Shown here in pieces: positions 36,747-51,770 of a stretch of 64,000 nucleotides of DNA (position 1 is the stretch's first letter; every line of letters begins with the position of its first letter). The notes beneath the pieces were generated by a model that saw only the letters and a program-made list of their open reading frames with translations, had not been told where the DNA came from and ran no database searches. The stretch comes from Rotaria socialis (taxonomy: Eukaryota). A program made the position numbers and the translations under genes. The DNA lies in assembly GCA_905331295.1 (NCBI GenBank), contig CAJNYD010000236.1:62001-126000 (forward strand), read 5' to 3'.

Positions 36747-37325
36747 TTATGAAATAATCTAAAAGAGTTTTTGCTCGTTTCTAAATATGAACATAAGACG
36801 ATGGTAGTATATTGCTAAAAAGTACAAGAAATTGTGTCGTTTACGTATAAAACTTTTCCGAACGAAGCCTAATTATTCAATAACATAAATTAATACATCT
36901 GCGCGCGCACAAACACATTTATATCTATAATTAACATCAATAAAAGTAGTATTAATTTTACCATAACATGAACGATATGCTATTAGAATAACTAGAGACA
37001 ACAAAAAAAATGAGACAACAAATGTTTAATATGTATTGCTAGCATAATCGTAGTTTATTTATTTGCTTATAGTTATTTGTATTGTTTCGTACGTTCTTAG
37101 ATTGTACTGTTATTCGAAGAGAAATATTATTGTTCATATATAGATAAATATTTCATACGCAAAAGGATCCTATATACGAATGACTCGAAAAGAAAGTAAA
37201 GAAATAACAAAATCGAAAAAAGAAAACGATGGATTCAGATGGTAGAACAATATACAAAATGGTGGATATATATATATAAATGAGGTTCAACAAGCAAGAA
37301 AAGATTTTAAAAGAAAAAATACGCA

Positions 37326-40300
37326 TCACAGATGAACACTCGATCGTTTCGAAATAGCCGTTTTCATAAGCGATGATGAAATAAACTTTGACCCATGGTC
37401 TTTCATTAGAACGATTCCATTTAAATCTAATATTGATCGTATTGGGTCTAACGTATGTATTTCTGGTGGATAAGTTGAAAACAGTTCATCCATCATTGCA
37501 TCTCGCGCAGATATTCGACAATTTGGATTATAACGTAAGAATTTATCTAATAAATTAATACCAGTTTGATCAAGTCGTGTTGCTAAACGTTTCAATGGTT
37601 CACCATGATAGAAAGGTAGTCTCAATGCTTGAAAATCAGGATTCGATGTAACACCGGGTAATGTTTGTTCAGTTGGTGTCCCAAGATATTTAAATATTAA
37701 ATTTAATTCTTCATCAACTTTTGTACCGGCAAATAATGGTCGACCACATGCCATCTCATAAAAAATACAGCCAACAGCCCATATATCAATGGGTGTAGAA
37801 TATTCTGTACTACCAAGTAAAACATCTGGTGGCCTATACCATAATGTAACAACTTCATGGGAATATGTTTTTGTTGGAAATGATTTAATACGAGCAAGAC
37901 CGAAATCAGCTAATTTTAATTCACCACGTTCATTAATTAATAAATTTTGTGGCCTAAATAAATAATTCATAAAAGTATAAAGCGAAAATCAATGCCAAAC
38001 GATAACTTATTCTTACTTTAAATCACGATGAAGAATTTTTCTAGCATGACAATATTCGAGACCACGCAAAAGTTGAAATAAAAACAAGTGAACATTATTC
38101 ATACGCAGTATATTTCCACAATCGTCCATATATTGTTTTAAATCTTTTTCAACATATTCAAATACAAGTGTTAATGTTGTTTTATCAAATATAATATCAT
38201 ATAAACTAACAATATTATTATGTTTGAGGCCTTTCAATAGGCTCACTTCACGTAGTGCTGTGCATGGCGCACCTATAATATAACATATGAAGTTTATATA
38301 TCATTAATTAAATATATTTATATATATATTTTTTTAAATCAAAGTTGTCGAGTATTTGCAACTGAGATCATGATATTTACAAATGATTCATTTCTCTTTT
38401 AAATCAAAAATATCTATGTCATCAAAATATGTTATTGTATTCTCGTGTTACTAATCATGAATCTATTGTTGTCATAATATTATATGTAGTCTTATTAAAT
38501 TACAACGAAAGCTTATTTTGACATAAAGTTTGTTGTCAAAATATCAATTAAAAGTAATTAATTACTTTCTAACTATAGTAATCATGAAACCGCTTTTTTT
38601 TTAAATTTTAATCTTATTATTTGATTTAGATATAACATATTTTGTAGAAATCAGAAAAAAAATTGATAAAAGGAATTTTGCCAATAAAAAAATCTTCAAT
38701 TACAATTAGCTGTTATTGCTGAAAGCCTTTGATTTTGATTTTCTTTTTCTATTATTTACTAGAAAGAATCTGTACAAATATCGAATATGTATATCTATTT
38801 ATTATTTAAATTAATTCACATCCGATACACTTTAAATTTTCTTAATCATATGACATATGGTAATGACCTTGCCATCTTTTATTGTTAATGATGATATAAC
38901 CTTGAAATAGTTAGTCAATTGATAAAACTAAATATTTAATCATACCTTCTTCTTGTTCAAGTCGAATTTCTTTCAATGCAATAAAACCAGTATGTAAAGT
39001 AGACGTTCCTTTATAAACTGTTGCATAAGTACCTTTTGTTTTTTTTGTTAAAAAAACAAAGAATAATAAGCAAAAATAATTTTTATTTTTTGTTATTTAT
39101 TATACCTTCTCCTAATTTTTCCAATTTGACGTACGACTCAATTTTTCCGAAGCCAAGATCAAGCATTGAAAGTCGATGTTCATTTCGACTTAATTGTCCA
39201 CCTGAACTTGAACTAAAATATGGTGATAAATGTGATGATGATATATTAGATTGATTTAAAGCCTCGTCAAGTGCTTGAACTGATGCAGACGTTGTTTGAT
39301 AATAAGATGAACGTTGCGATAATTTTGATCTAATATTATTTGAGTCGTTTGTTTGATAACTAACATTATTATTATTTGTGCGCTGTGATAAACCATTTTT
39401 TAATTCAGGTGGTAATGATATACGTGATTTAAGTTCACGAAGTCCTTTTTTCTTTTTTGCACTATGGTCACGCATTTTAACTTTTGTCATTTGCTGATTC
39501 ATGCTGTTTGCATTTTCACAGTCTGCACTTAATGACATAGTTTGATGAATGACTGTTCGTTCTAAAACATTCAAAACATAAATAAACAATTGGCAGAAGG
39601 TTTTCTTGTAAGTAACATGCCTTTGTTAGTGTTTGCATTCGATGTTGATAAGTGATGATTATTCATTAAATGACTAACATCTCCATGAATACTTATTGTT
39701 TTAGTCAAAAAGGATTTATTAGTACGATTATTATTCATAACAGTAGAAAGGGTTTTATCAGAGTTTGATGTCACTGGCGATGAAGAAGATTTTGTTGGTT
39801 TAATTGAACCATCTTGTAATTGAGATTGATTATTATAATTGTGATATTTATTCGATGTCGATGAAGTACCCGAAATCGATGATGATGACGATGCACCTTT
39901 GTAATAAGAACAAAATCACATGTTTCTGAGATTGAAAGATTTCATCTATTTGTTATACAATCCGTCAAATTTAGTGAATATGTCGATGCAAAACAAAACC
40001 TATTTTAGTTCTATTTATTTATGAAAATAACATTGCACTGAGAGAGTTAACGTTTGGATCGCAACTATTGCCGTATAAATAGAGTTTCACCAGTCGACAT
40101 TTGGGTCTCTCGATAGAAGAAACTCTATTAAGTAGTATGTGTTTCAGTATGCAAAGTAAGACAGTTGAATGATAGACAGATAACTGTTCTAGTCTGGGAA
40201 TGATAGAATCGATTTAGACAGTTGTAAGTAATGACATAATTTTTATGAAATATTAATTCTTACTAAGGCTAGATATAGTTTTTGTTATAGGTTGATGAGT

Positions 40301-40769
40301 TGTCATTCCATTATTCATTTGATTTGGATTGGTTTGATCAACATGATCGTTTGATGATTTTAATCTATTTTGCTGTTGTTGTTGTTTTATTGGTAGACAA
40401 TTTTCTTCTTCAGATATCGGTACTAATGTTGCACTATTCGCATTACAAATAACAGTTGTATTTGAACGTGTTAAATGTGTTGAATAGAATTCATCGGAAA
40501 ATTCAGGTTGTACATGTTGATGAACAAGATTAACATTATGTGAACTTTGTTGATTATTAGATTTAGCTATTACTGATAGATCTGTATTCGTACTATGACT
40601 TCGTTTAAGAAATTGAGAGAATTGACGAAATGAATTACGTGTTTTTTTCTGTTTAGCTGTTATGTTGACAGATGATGAAACAGTTAATGGTTGAAATTTT
40701 TTTGTTAATAAAGATTTAAATGATGAGCGTTGTTTTTCATGTGTTTTTATTGTATTATCATTGTTTTCG

Positions 40770-40800
<31 letters not shown>

Positions 40801-41303
40801 CATCATCATCATCCAAAGAAGATTCTTTTATATGATTAAAATTAATATCACGTATATTTGAAGATTTTTTATTAGTAAAACTCATCTAAAACAATAATGG
40901 TATTCTATTAAATAAAGAATAATTCTGAGAAAATATTCAAAATTACTTTGCTTTTTTTCGTTGTATTTTCATTCGTGGATGAATTAAATTCCGTTGATGC
41001 TGAACGAATCATATATGTTGAAATATCTCCACTTACGGGTCGAGTAGAAAAACTTCTATTTGTTTTTTGTACAGTTGATGCGTTTAAATTCTCTTGTGAA
41101 TGATGTTGTTGAATCGGTCGACAATGTTGAGCATAGGATAATGGTGGATGTTTATGATGTGAAGATTGTGGTGTTGATTCTACTGAATTCTGTTCTCTAC
41201 TAGCGGCAGTACCGTTTGATGTTGTAAACGAGCCGATGGATGAAGTACTTCGGGGTATTGTAAATCGTTTAAATGTTTTTGCTATTGTCGAACTAACCTC
41301 CAT
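37326..41303 (-). CDS. CDK17: PCTAIRE-family cyclin-dependent kinase (CDK16/17/18-like) with long N-terminal extension; exons 41303-40947, 40885-40264, 39896-39621, 39561-39106, 39032-38946, 38272-38017, 37953-37326
   Basis: Motifs: 'RISLP', '[32 protein letters not shown]', '[16 protein letters not shown]', '[26 protein letters not shown]' and '[27 protein letters not shown]'. The family call is firm; the paralog name is nominal. Confidence 0.9.
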
Positions 41304-44300
41304 AACTTTTTCTTTCTTTCTTTTAAACACGTGTGTTCTGCATCAATATAAATATAAATCAATATTGTCAAGATTATTCATACTCACTTACACACACACA
41401 ACGATGTGACTATGTACAAACCATCAATGTTACTATCGTTTATTTGTCATATTTTGATATGAGCGAGTGAAGGGATAGGAAGGACAGAACGACGAAGTAA
41501 AAACAAAATAAAAATCTAAAAATAGAAAACTATTGCTTCAAGAGAAAAAAGGAAGAAAACGAAACCAACATATTCGCAAAACGTAGGTGTTTGTTATTTT
41601 TTTTCTTAAAAATAACAGAAAAAATTGAAATATTTTTTAACATCAAAAACTTTTTTTTCTTGCGTAAATTTGAACAGGTTCTTAGCCTTGATCATATCAA
41701 ATTCGATGAAATGTCAAGTTTCGTGCTTTTCTTTTACTATGCATACCATTACAACGAACATACAACAACAATATATATATATATATATAAATATATCGCC
41801 ATAATATTCATGCTTTCTTTTTTCTTCTTTATAGACATATGCGTTACATCTCAACCAGACAACTCAATATGTAAAAGCAAAGACGAGAATGATATATTGC
41901 TGCGTCGACGAACGCAAAGGTACATAATAACAAACTGTTAAGAGAGCAAGAAATGCAAATGGAATCCATTTTTTTTCTGCTGTTGCACACAATTTGCGTG
42001 TCGCCCAATTCGTTTGTTCTCTTAATCATATAATAATATTAAAAAAAGATTTAGCATAATCATAGAGTAAAACAAGTCTTTTTTTTGTCTGTGTAAATGT
42101 TTGATTATTTGGTGTATTTATTCAATCTGTGAAAAAATAACAGACGATTGTCGTATAGTTGATGTGACTGATGATTAATTTACATCATCATACTAACATT
42201 TTTTCTTCTCATTTATTTATGGACATACCTGAGCTAATGGATGCAAGAAAAAATAATAACAATAATAATACATCAACTATCATGTGAATGTATTGAAGCA
42301 GAACGCATCAAATCTAATTACTGATCGTGACAATGATTGCAGACTTTAAAAAGTGTCTTGGTGTCCTCGTTCGTCGTCGTCGTCGTCAAATGAGACTCAT
42401 TAATCGGACAGAAGTCAATCTGGAAAAATGCATTTTCTTTTATTGCACAGCAGACTCTGTCAATGATGAAACCCCCATAAAAAAACAGACTGAATGTAAT
42501 CGTAGAAAAAAAATAAGCTTATTCGAACGCATTCATTTTGTTCCAAAAAGGAAATGCCAGTTGTGTTATCATAGAATATTCCTGATATTAATGCCTTGAT
42601 GTTCTTTCTTGGTTATCTATTTCTAAGTTAATAAGTCTCGTTGTATTTTACCATCAACAATGAATAGAGTTCTTGAGAAAATATCTGCTAATGATCTAAG
42701 TAGATAGTCATTAAATAATGAAACTGTAAGAGCAAACGGCAGGCGAACATAAACACACATTAGGAGATGAGTTAATTAGATGATAGTACCCTCGTAAATA
42801 TCATCGAACAACTTAATATAGGATCATTACTAGCTACTACTTTTCTATTCTATCTAATCAGCGATGATAATATACATCATCATATGATTGTTAAATTTGA
42901 TCTTGTAACAACAGATGTGATAGACTTACTTTGATTAATCAAATCATGACAGATGACGAAATTGTAGCTCAGCTACACCTATATATGAAATGAAAGAACG
43001 TGATATTTTATTTTAGCTCTGTTTTTTGACAAAGTCATACATCGAGAATGGAATAATTATTTTCATAATGATTCATTTCTCGCATCGATTTTATCAAAAT
43101 AATTTAAATTTAGTAATCTGACTACTTTATATATATATACGTATATACATATAAGCATATCCGTAAGTCGAAATATATAAAGATTTTGAAAGAAGTCTCT
43201 TAATCATTCTGACAACAACACGTGGGATTATTTGCATGAGAAATCCGATCATGCACAAATGATGAATGAAGTCATACTTGTTCATTATTTTAAACCATGA
43301 CAAATAATAGACAACAAATTAGATAGATATTGTTTGCAAATCGTGTGATTAAAAATAGTTTTTCTATTTATGTATTATCTAAGATTATGTCGATAACTTA
43401 TCTGTATCATCATGTGCTGAATTGGTTATAAAATAAATATTAACTATCATGTAAATGAAGACTTTTCTTCGTCTTGTTTTTCAAGAATAAAATCATAATC
43501 GATTTGATTTCGATTTTTCTATCAATGAAATATAATTACAGCGACAGACCATTTAGTATAATATATACTATGTCGATAGTAATCGTTGATCATAGTAAAA
43601 AATCACTTACAGTTCGAAACTTAAATAATACCTTTCATCTAACCATCGTTTTAGTGTAATATACTATTGATTATTCTTTAAAAGAGAATCTATTAGCGAC
43701 ATGTCGTCGATATTTTTATGAGGACTGTGGATAGATCAACAGTATTTTGAAAAAAAAATGCAATATGGATGTATATTTCTGTATTATTTCATAGGCCTTG
43801 GGGTTATGAATCTATTGAATGTCGTTTTTAGATAAACTATGAAATGAATAGAAGAAAGTGATCAAAAGCATATTTTACAAATCTTTTTCTTTTCTTTTAA
43901 TCTGTACATCAGCAGATTTGATATCAAGTATTGTCACCTCAGTCATGCTAACTTCTTTATTTGAATCAAAATATCTCTCGCTTTATCATCCAAATGAAAT
44001 ATGAAATAAATGTACTTATCCTAATTTATCTAAAAAATTTGCATTGAATTGAAGATAAAGTTTTCACTAGCTTGATTAGTATCTAGAAGAGGAAATAATT
44101 CATTATAATTAAGAAAAAATATAAAGCTTTGGAGAGAAAAAAATACAGCTCATATCAGAAATGAGTTAAAAGATTAGAAAAAAAAACAATGATTTTCAAC
44201 ATACCCAACATAGCTAGAACATGCCAATAAATCTAAGGCAATACTGACTATGTTGTTTTCTAACAGACTCCTAAATTTTCCAGCTATACTCAAAGAGGAA

Positions 44301-44530
44301 TAAATTTCCTGCTGAAGCTTCCTAATTGGAATACTATTTCTAGAAAACAAGAGAAAAAAACAAAAGACAAATGATAGTTTCAAAATATTCTTGATGTAAA
44401 TTTTAATATTCATAAATAGATTTTAATTTCTTTTACATAAAAATTAAAAACAAAAAAAAAGCCAACTCAACATGCAATTTCTAAAAAAATAAAACTACTT
44501 CTAACAATGAAATACTGAATATCACAGAAA

Positions 44531-46144
44531 TTAAACTGCATGTTCACTGCAAAAATACTTGATATCATTAGTTGTTATGCTATGTTTAATATTACAGTCA
44601 GTTTTATGATTTTGTTTCGTTGTCGATGTCGCTAAATTGAGTGCATCTATTAAAGAAACACTCTCATACATTAATTCATCTTCATCATCGCTATATTGAT
44701 GATTAATTAAAAAATGTTTTCGACGACGTAATGCATTCAATTGTAGTAGTGCACGGAAAGGAACACGGCATATGGGACAGTTAGCTGATTGAAATTTCAA
44801 ATTTTCCGCGCATGATCCGCATATACATAAATGTCGGCATGGAAGCAACAGCACATTACGCGTATCAGTTAAACAGATTACACAAGTACTTTCATGTGTA
44901 TTATTTGAAACTAAATCAAAATCCGATGAAGATTTTTTAATTACATCGATTTCATTTTTTCTACAGAAAAATAAATAAATTCAAATTATTATTATTATTA
45001 TTCTTTTGTTTTTGAATTTTTACCGATCTAGAAATGGCTCATTTTCATGAAATTTTGATGTTTGAACAACTTTAATTAATGGTTGATCTCCTTGCGCAAC
45101 TTTTCTTTTATCATTATTAGTTTTGGCTAATTTTGATGGATGATTTTCAATACTATAGATTTCAAATAATTTAAAAACAATACCATTATAAATATGTTGT
45201 TGATTAAGTAAAACAATTGTTACACGATCAGAAGTAATTGCTGATACCGGTTCATTTAATCGAAGTTTTATTGTTGCTAATACAATATGATATTGATCAA
45301 ATGTTGGAAAGGATGCTAAAGTAGCAGTTGTATGCTCATTTATTGCTGTACCACAAATTGTTGATGGGCTTCTATGAAAATAAAATAATGAATTCTATAA
45401 TCAATATAAAGATTTGTTTCGTACTTATTTAGCCGAGAATTTATTTCACGGCAAACAATAACTATTGGATATACATGAGTTTTTATTGTACAGTTATGAT
45501 GATTTTCATTTAGTACCGATAAAGGTAAACGAATGTCATTTGGTATTGATGAAAATATTTGCCCGTGTCCAGCAGGTCGATCAAATACATAATATTGTTT
45601 AAATGTATGTAAATTACTTGATTTTTTACAAGTAACATACGATAATGATGCATTATTATTTGTATATACTTCATGAGCCATGAAATAGACTTAAAATAAA
45701 AAAGGAATGAATTAAATAAATAAATAATGAAGTGATGAACATACTGAAGATTTGTACAGGGCGATCAACATCGAAAATAAAGTCGATTGAATAGTAATCA
45801 TCGTAACAATGAACTAATTTAAGTGAATCTCTTCTTATGGCTATAGTACATTGTACTGGTCGTATAATCGATGATTGATTCGTTTCAGGTAATGAAACTT
45901 GTAGATGTACCGGATTTAACTCATATTTTCTTGAATTGAAATAGTAATAATCATTGAAAAGACATGTATGTGGTTGTGTATTTATAAAAAAATGCTTTGA
46001 ACCCAAAAAAAATCGATTTAATAAATGGTTCTGTTTATGACGGCGTCGTCGTCGTTTCTTCGTTTTAGAATTTGACTGTACATTAATATGATTTGTTTCT
46101 GCTGTTGAGGAAAATATTGATGTTAAACTGTAATATATGCCCAT
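44531..46144 (-). CDS. MGRN1: MGRN1/RNF157-family RING E3 ubiquitin ligase; exons 46144-45745, 45689-45425, 45371-45024, 44960-44531
   Basis: N-terminal MG, then 'IRRDSLKLV', 'YSIDFIFDVD', 'YPIVI', 'QQHIYNGIVFKLFEIYSIEN' and the RING 'CVICLTDTRNVLLLPCRHLCICGSCAENLKFQSANCPICRVPFRALLQL'. Confidence 0.88.
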
Positions 46145-46539
46145 CTAGATAACTCAAAACAAGAAATAAAACATAATATTGATAGATGGTCTCCACATTA
46201 TCGTACGACCATGGTTTACCATGTCTTAGTTAGTTAACCAATAGTAAAATATTGTTCGTCCTCTAGAATAAGCAGTCATGAAAAAAAGCAGCTGAGTGTC
46301 TCGTTCGAAGTGTTTTTCTTCTTGTTTCTACTGATCCGTGGTCTGGTGTAATCGATTGGCTTAGTATCAGAGATTTGTTTCTCAGCTATACTTCGCACAT
46401 ACACATGCACTAGGAATTAAGATTCTAATTTATTTCTAGCTAAAAAACACCAACTAAGAAAGGTGCAAAAGGATTGTGAGTGAAATGATAAAAAATAATA
46501 TAGATATCGCTAATTTTGTATCAGTCACTGAGAAGGCTT

Positions 46540-46716
46540 CCCAGGTGAATGAATCCGACAGTGAATCCTATCGGATCTCATGGGATCCGACACGCCGACA
46601 AAATCCGATCAGATTCCTGATCACGTACCTACTACCGAGTCCGACACTGGGGTTCCGATTGTCGGTTCCACACCCGGATACCGATAGGATCCTACGATCG
46701 GAATTATTCTACTGGA
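46540..46716. mobile_element. Short GC-rich palindromic MITE
   Basis: The left end CCCAGGTGAATGAATCCGAC...ATCCTATCGG pairs with the right end CCGATAGGAT...TCGGAATTATTCTACTGGA. It has internal TCCGA sub-repeats. Confidence 0.7.
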
Positions 46717-47609
46717 TTAGCATGGTAGCGATACATAGAATGACTATTTATTATTTATGCAGGTTATTCCTTGTGGCTTATTCTATCTTGAAATAAATCA
46801 TGATATTTGATAAGTACTCTGATTTTGTTGCTGATGGTACAGCTGTAATTTCCTTTTTACCAACCAGTCTTCTTTCTTTTGCAATTTATACGTAATTTTA
46901 AAAAAATGATAATCAATAACGGTTTTCATTTGTGTTTCATTTAAAACTGGATCTAATTTATTTCTATTCATCTCTCGTTTCACAGCGTTATCATTTCACG
47001 CAAAGTTATAGAAACGAACCCTGATGTTCAATCTCACAAAAATTGTAGATCAGAACATCTTTTTGGTGAATACATCTCTCGTTGGTAAACCGTTTTTTTT
47101 GGCGATAAGAGAATAGTCAAAATATAATTGTTTGGAAACTAATAATATAAAAATTAAATCGAAGATTATATTTGTATAGAGATTTATATTAAACTCTCGA
47201 AAAAATTCAACGATGTGAAAAAGAACGAAACTGTCACAAACATTGATATTCTTTCTGATAGTTTATTCTTCTTCACAACACGTTGGGAATGGCGTAACGT
47301 CAACCATGACGAGTCTTTTAAACAAAAAAAAGATTCACTCAATATATGTATTTTTTCACATCATAAAATTGAAAATGCATTATATTTAAATTAGATTTAA
47401 TATGCAGAAAGCGTGTGTATTACACAATGCATAAGTGTGTTGAATTATCCAAGTTTTAGAAACGAGTGCTTAGTCATTGTTCACCAGCCTACTAATCATA
47501 CCCTTACTATTTGACTAAAGATTTTAAAACAGTATTGTCAATTGATAGCGATGATAATGACACGGGAAATAATCTTAATTGTAAATATGAATATAATCAA
47601 ACTGAAACT

Positions 47610-50394
47610 ATGACAAATCATGAAGACTTAGTTGGTGGTTGTTGTGTTTGTTCGGATGATCAAGGTTTTTCAAATAATGCTCTTGTTTACTGCGATGGAA
47701 AAGACTGTACAGTTGCTTGTCACACAGGTAAGATAAGAAGAAGAAGAAAACATTATTTATAGGAAATAATCTCTATATTTATTCAATAGCGTGCTATGGT
47801 ATAGTATCGATACCTGATGATAATTGGTATTGTCGTCGATGTGAACTGGGAGAATTTCACGCAGTACGAAAATTTTATTTATTTATTTATTCTTAATGAA
47901 ATTTTATTTTATTTTGCTTTTTAAGCCATGTCGTTTATGTCCATTGATAGAAGGTGCCATGAAACGAACATCCGATGGAAATTGGGCTCATGTTATATGT
48001 GCACTCTATATACCTGAAGTATCATTTGGCAATGATAAAACTATGGAGCCAATTATACTTTCTAAAATTCCATCAATACGTTTTGGGCAAACATGTTCAA
48101 TTTGTATTAAAAATGGACGTTCAGAATCTGATGCAAGCAAAGGTGCATGTTGTGAATGTACAGTTAAAAATTGTTCACAATTATTTCATGTCACATGTGC
48201 TCAACAAGCTGGATTATTATATGAAGATATAAGAAAAAATAATTGTCAATATCCAATTTATTGTGAGTCTCATCAGCCGAGATTTTCTGTAAGAGAAGTG
48301 ATAAATATATGTCTATGTGATAAATAAATAATGTGTTTTTAATTTTTCAGAAATTTATCCGGCAAATACCTTCATTTCAATATTATTATTCTGAAAAAAA
48401 TCAAGTAAATGAATTTGTTTTTTTTAGTTCTTTTTGTTGATATTTGTTTATCTAGAAATCAAAACAAAAAGAAACTCCATTTAAATCATCTGATTGTGCT
48501 AGTAATACACATACTCGAACTAATGGATCATTATCATCATCATCATCATCAGAGAGATATCGCAAATCGAAGAACGAAACTAGTCAAAGTTCATTACAAG
48601 TTAATTTACAACATACTACTTCACCCGTTGTTGAATTACATCGGCAAGGACACATTTCTCGTTTGCCAACAAGTCAAAACCAATCGATAATATATACCAG
48701 GTGCATAATTGAACATTATTTGCTTTTAGCACCACGCAATGTTATTCTAATAGATAGATTTTCTTTTCGTGCCGAGTATTGGAGTCGTCCAAGGTTAACT
48801 TAAGAAATAGCAAGTGATATTCAAGAGAAACTACAGGGTTTTTCTTTTAATATAGATTTAATTGAGACATTAAATTGTATACAATTGATTAACGAACTGT
48901 GAACCCGTTCGATTGAAGACTCCAAGTTTCTCTTACGAATAACTGAGAGTTTCTGTCTAAACTAACATTTGAAGTATACAAAGTTTTAGTTATTTATTGA
49001 CTACTCTCAGAAGAAAAGATGTCGATACACTATTCTTTTTTTTTGTTATTCGATTTTTCATCTAGAAAGCAAGACATTCTCAATAACATGAATTCAAATT
49101 AATTAGAATAAAATTCAATCTATCGAACTATCTAATAGATATTTTGAGAAGAACAAGTTTTTCTTTCATATATTTATTAAATAATTAATTCATCATGTTT
49201 CTATAATATAGTCTTTTAATTATTTAGGAAAGACTCAGCAACTGTTAATTCCATACTATCGAATGTCCATAATGGTCCACAATCATTAACATTATCTATA
49301 TACACAAGTAATACGTCTAAAGATAATAACATTTCTTCAACGAAAGAAACGTTTACTCCAAAAATCAAGTAAAATCAAACATTTTTTTTAATCTGAATAA
49401 AATAAATGTAAATCTTGTGTTTAGAATTGAAGCAAATGAAATTGATTATCAAATAATCGAAAAAATCAATCTTAATAAAGATACACAACTAAATAGAAAA
49501 CGTCATAATTCAAGCGAAGACGGCCCAAGACCAGTTGGCCGCCCTCCATCAAAAAAACCTCATTTATCTCAATCGAAGAAAACCACCAATCATTCAATAC
49601 CTGTAGAACAACATCGGAAAACTGTGGAACATCAAACAAAGAATGATCAAACCAATACTAATGTTAACTCTGGCTCATCATTAATTAACTCTTCAATAAC
49701 ATCAAAACCAATCGAACCAACGTTTCCACCTCAAACACTAGAGGAATTTCTTGAACAAGAATGGGAATCAACAAGTGATTTTCTTCTTCAACAAAACATG
49801 CCACAAGATGTTTCATCATTGCTATCGTGTTTATATCAATTTAAATCAGAAAATGCTTCTTTAAAGAAGCAATTTGATGAACTTAAGCATCGTCGAGACT
49901 CTCTTCGCGTCATCAATGTTAATTTACGTCGAAAACTTTCAGAAACTCTAGCTATCAATAATGCATTAAATGAGTCATCAAGTCCTCCAATAAATAATCA
50001 AAAAGTACATAACAGAAGTAAATCACCTATTCATGAAAATCAAACTATATTAAGTAAAACCATTCCTTCTGACATGGAATTTATTTCTAATAACTTAATT
50101 GTTCCTTCATCGTTTTCCTATCAACCAATGCATCCATATATAGTGAATAAAAATGAACAGTTACCTCTCAGTCATGACCTTAGTCTGGAACTTCTCTCTC
50201 AAGTTCTTACAAATACTGGTCCACAACTTTTTGCACCAACATGGAACATCTCGGTAAGTCATTCAATTTATGAATCAATACAAAATTTCAAGTATATTTT
50301 TGAATAGAATTTTGGTTACGCTAATTTTTCTGGAGCTAGTTCAATATCAACTTCTGATGGATCAATCTTACGCTCATATCCACCGTTTCCATAA
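47610..50394 (+). CDS. MLLT10: AF10/AF17-like PZP (PHD-Zn knuckle-ePHD) + OM-LZ protein, DOT1L cofactor; multi-exon
   Basis: PZP region: 'LVGGCCVCSDDQGFSNNALVYCDGKDCTVACHT/ACYGIVSIPDDNWYCRRCE' and 'CRLCP..EGAMKRTSDGNWAHVICALYIPEVSFGN..TMEPIIL'. OM-LZ region: 'PQTLEEFLEQEW...LLSCLYQFKSENASL'. First exons are 47610-47727, 47790-47863 and 47926-48288; the stop is at 50392-50394. Middle exons were not fully resolved. Confidence 0.9.
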
Positions 50395-51301
50395 TGATTT
50401 TCATTCAATTTTTTTTGGTTGCTTTGCACTTTAAAAGTTGAATTCAACGAATATCGTATATGCATTTATTATTTAGCGATAAACTAATCTATATATCTTG
50501 TCAGTTGGTCTCCACGAAAATAGTTTCTTCTTCTGTATGAGACATTTTTTCTCATCAGGAATTTTCTTTCGTCTTCTTATTTTCATATCCTTTTTAATCG
50601 AGCGGTTGTCTTCGTAGTTTACTGCAACGCATTAGTCATTTTCTATTCAACTACATAGTTATACTCGCAGATGTTTTTTGTTGTATAGAAATTGCATGTA
50701 TTTCATTGTATGATTTGTTGTTTTAATTGTGGATATTTATTAAAAAAAAATAAAATTTTCTTCCCATGAAATTATATATAAAGCAGAAAATAAATAAATA
50801 TTGGGAATGTTCAAATATCAACTGAATTCAGAAAAAACAAATCACAGAAGAACTTAAAAATTGTCTGATATGAGAATTCAATAAAGTTTAACCATCAAAT
50901 GTGTACGTAAACCTAACAAATGTAGACCAGAAGAGTTCTATGGGTTTTTTTTGTCTCATGTGTGTTTACAAGTAAAAAGAAAAAATTCATACGCGACGTT
51001 CAAGCAACAAACAGAGGAGATAGTCAGTCAAACTTAAACATTTACAAACCAATGAATAAGAGAGTAATGGTGATTCACGTATATCGAGGTAATCGAGATG
51101 CGTCCTTTTCTCATTAGATTGAAGATATTCAATCATTCAAATACTAAAATAGATATTTTTTGCAAATTTGTCAAGTTAAATTAACTTTCAGTAATTTATA
51201 TTTTTTGACTACTGGTTTATTACTATTATTGAATTGGTCATAGATAAAGTAATATTTGTTGTTCTAAAAAAATTGGAACATCAATGAACGTACGATAATT
51301 A

Positions 51302-51770
51302 ATGACATTTCTAAGTGACTTACCTATCTATTCTTACTATGAAATAATCTGCTATGCATCACTCATGGCCAATTAACTAAGTAGGTATATGCATTGATAT
51401 CAGTTTCTGGACGAATTTTCAAAATAAACTCAATCTTTGTATTGATTAGTTTGATGTAAACTGTACTTTCTAGGTAAGATGCTACATTCAATACATATTT
51501 TTTCTTGTCGATCTTATTCTGGACAAGAATTAATTAATATATTCCAGCGCTATGATCGACTAAGATTATTCAATGTTCAAATGAGCATTCTTTCTGATTT
51601 AAATATTCGTGTCAATAGTGAAAAAAGCAAACAATTTACTGATTATTTCAATCAGATCAAGCATTCGATATTCAAAATAGTTATCTTTACATATTATCAT
51701 TAAATCTACCAAAACCAAAACAACTTGAATCAATCTATCAATACGCAGATGTTATGGTAAAGGTATTTCT
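51302..51770 (+). pseudogene. Possible F-box-protein gene fragment
   Basis: ATG at 51302 gives MTFLSDLPIYSYYEII, an F-box-like start. A downstream frame reads SYSGQELINIFQRYDRL. Stops intervene and the region ends at a transposon. Confidence 0.25.

Noticed and set aside
46476..46796. 106-aa ORF
   Set aside because: It reads through the GC-rich MITE, has no ATG start and shows no protein motif.
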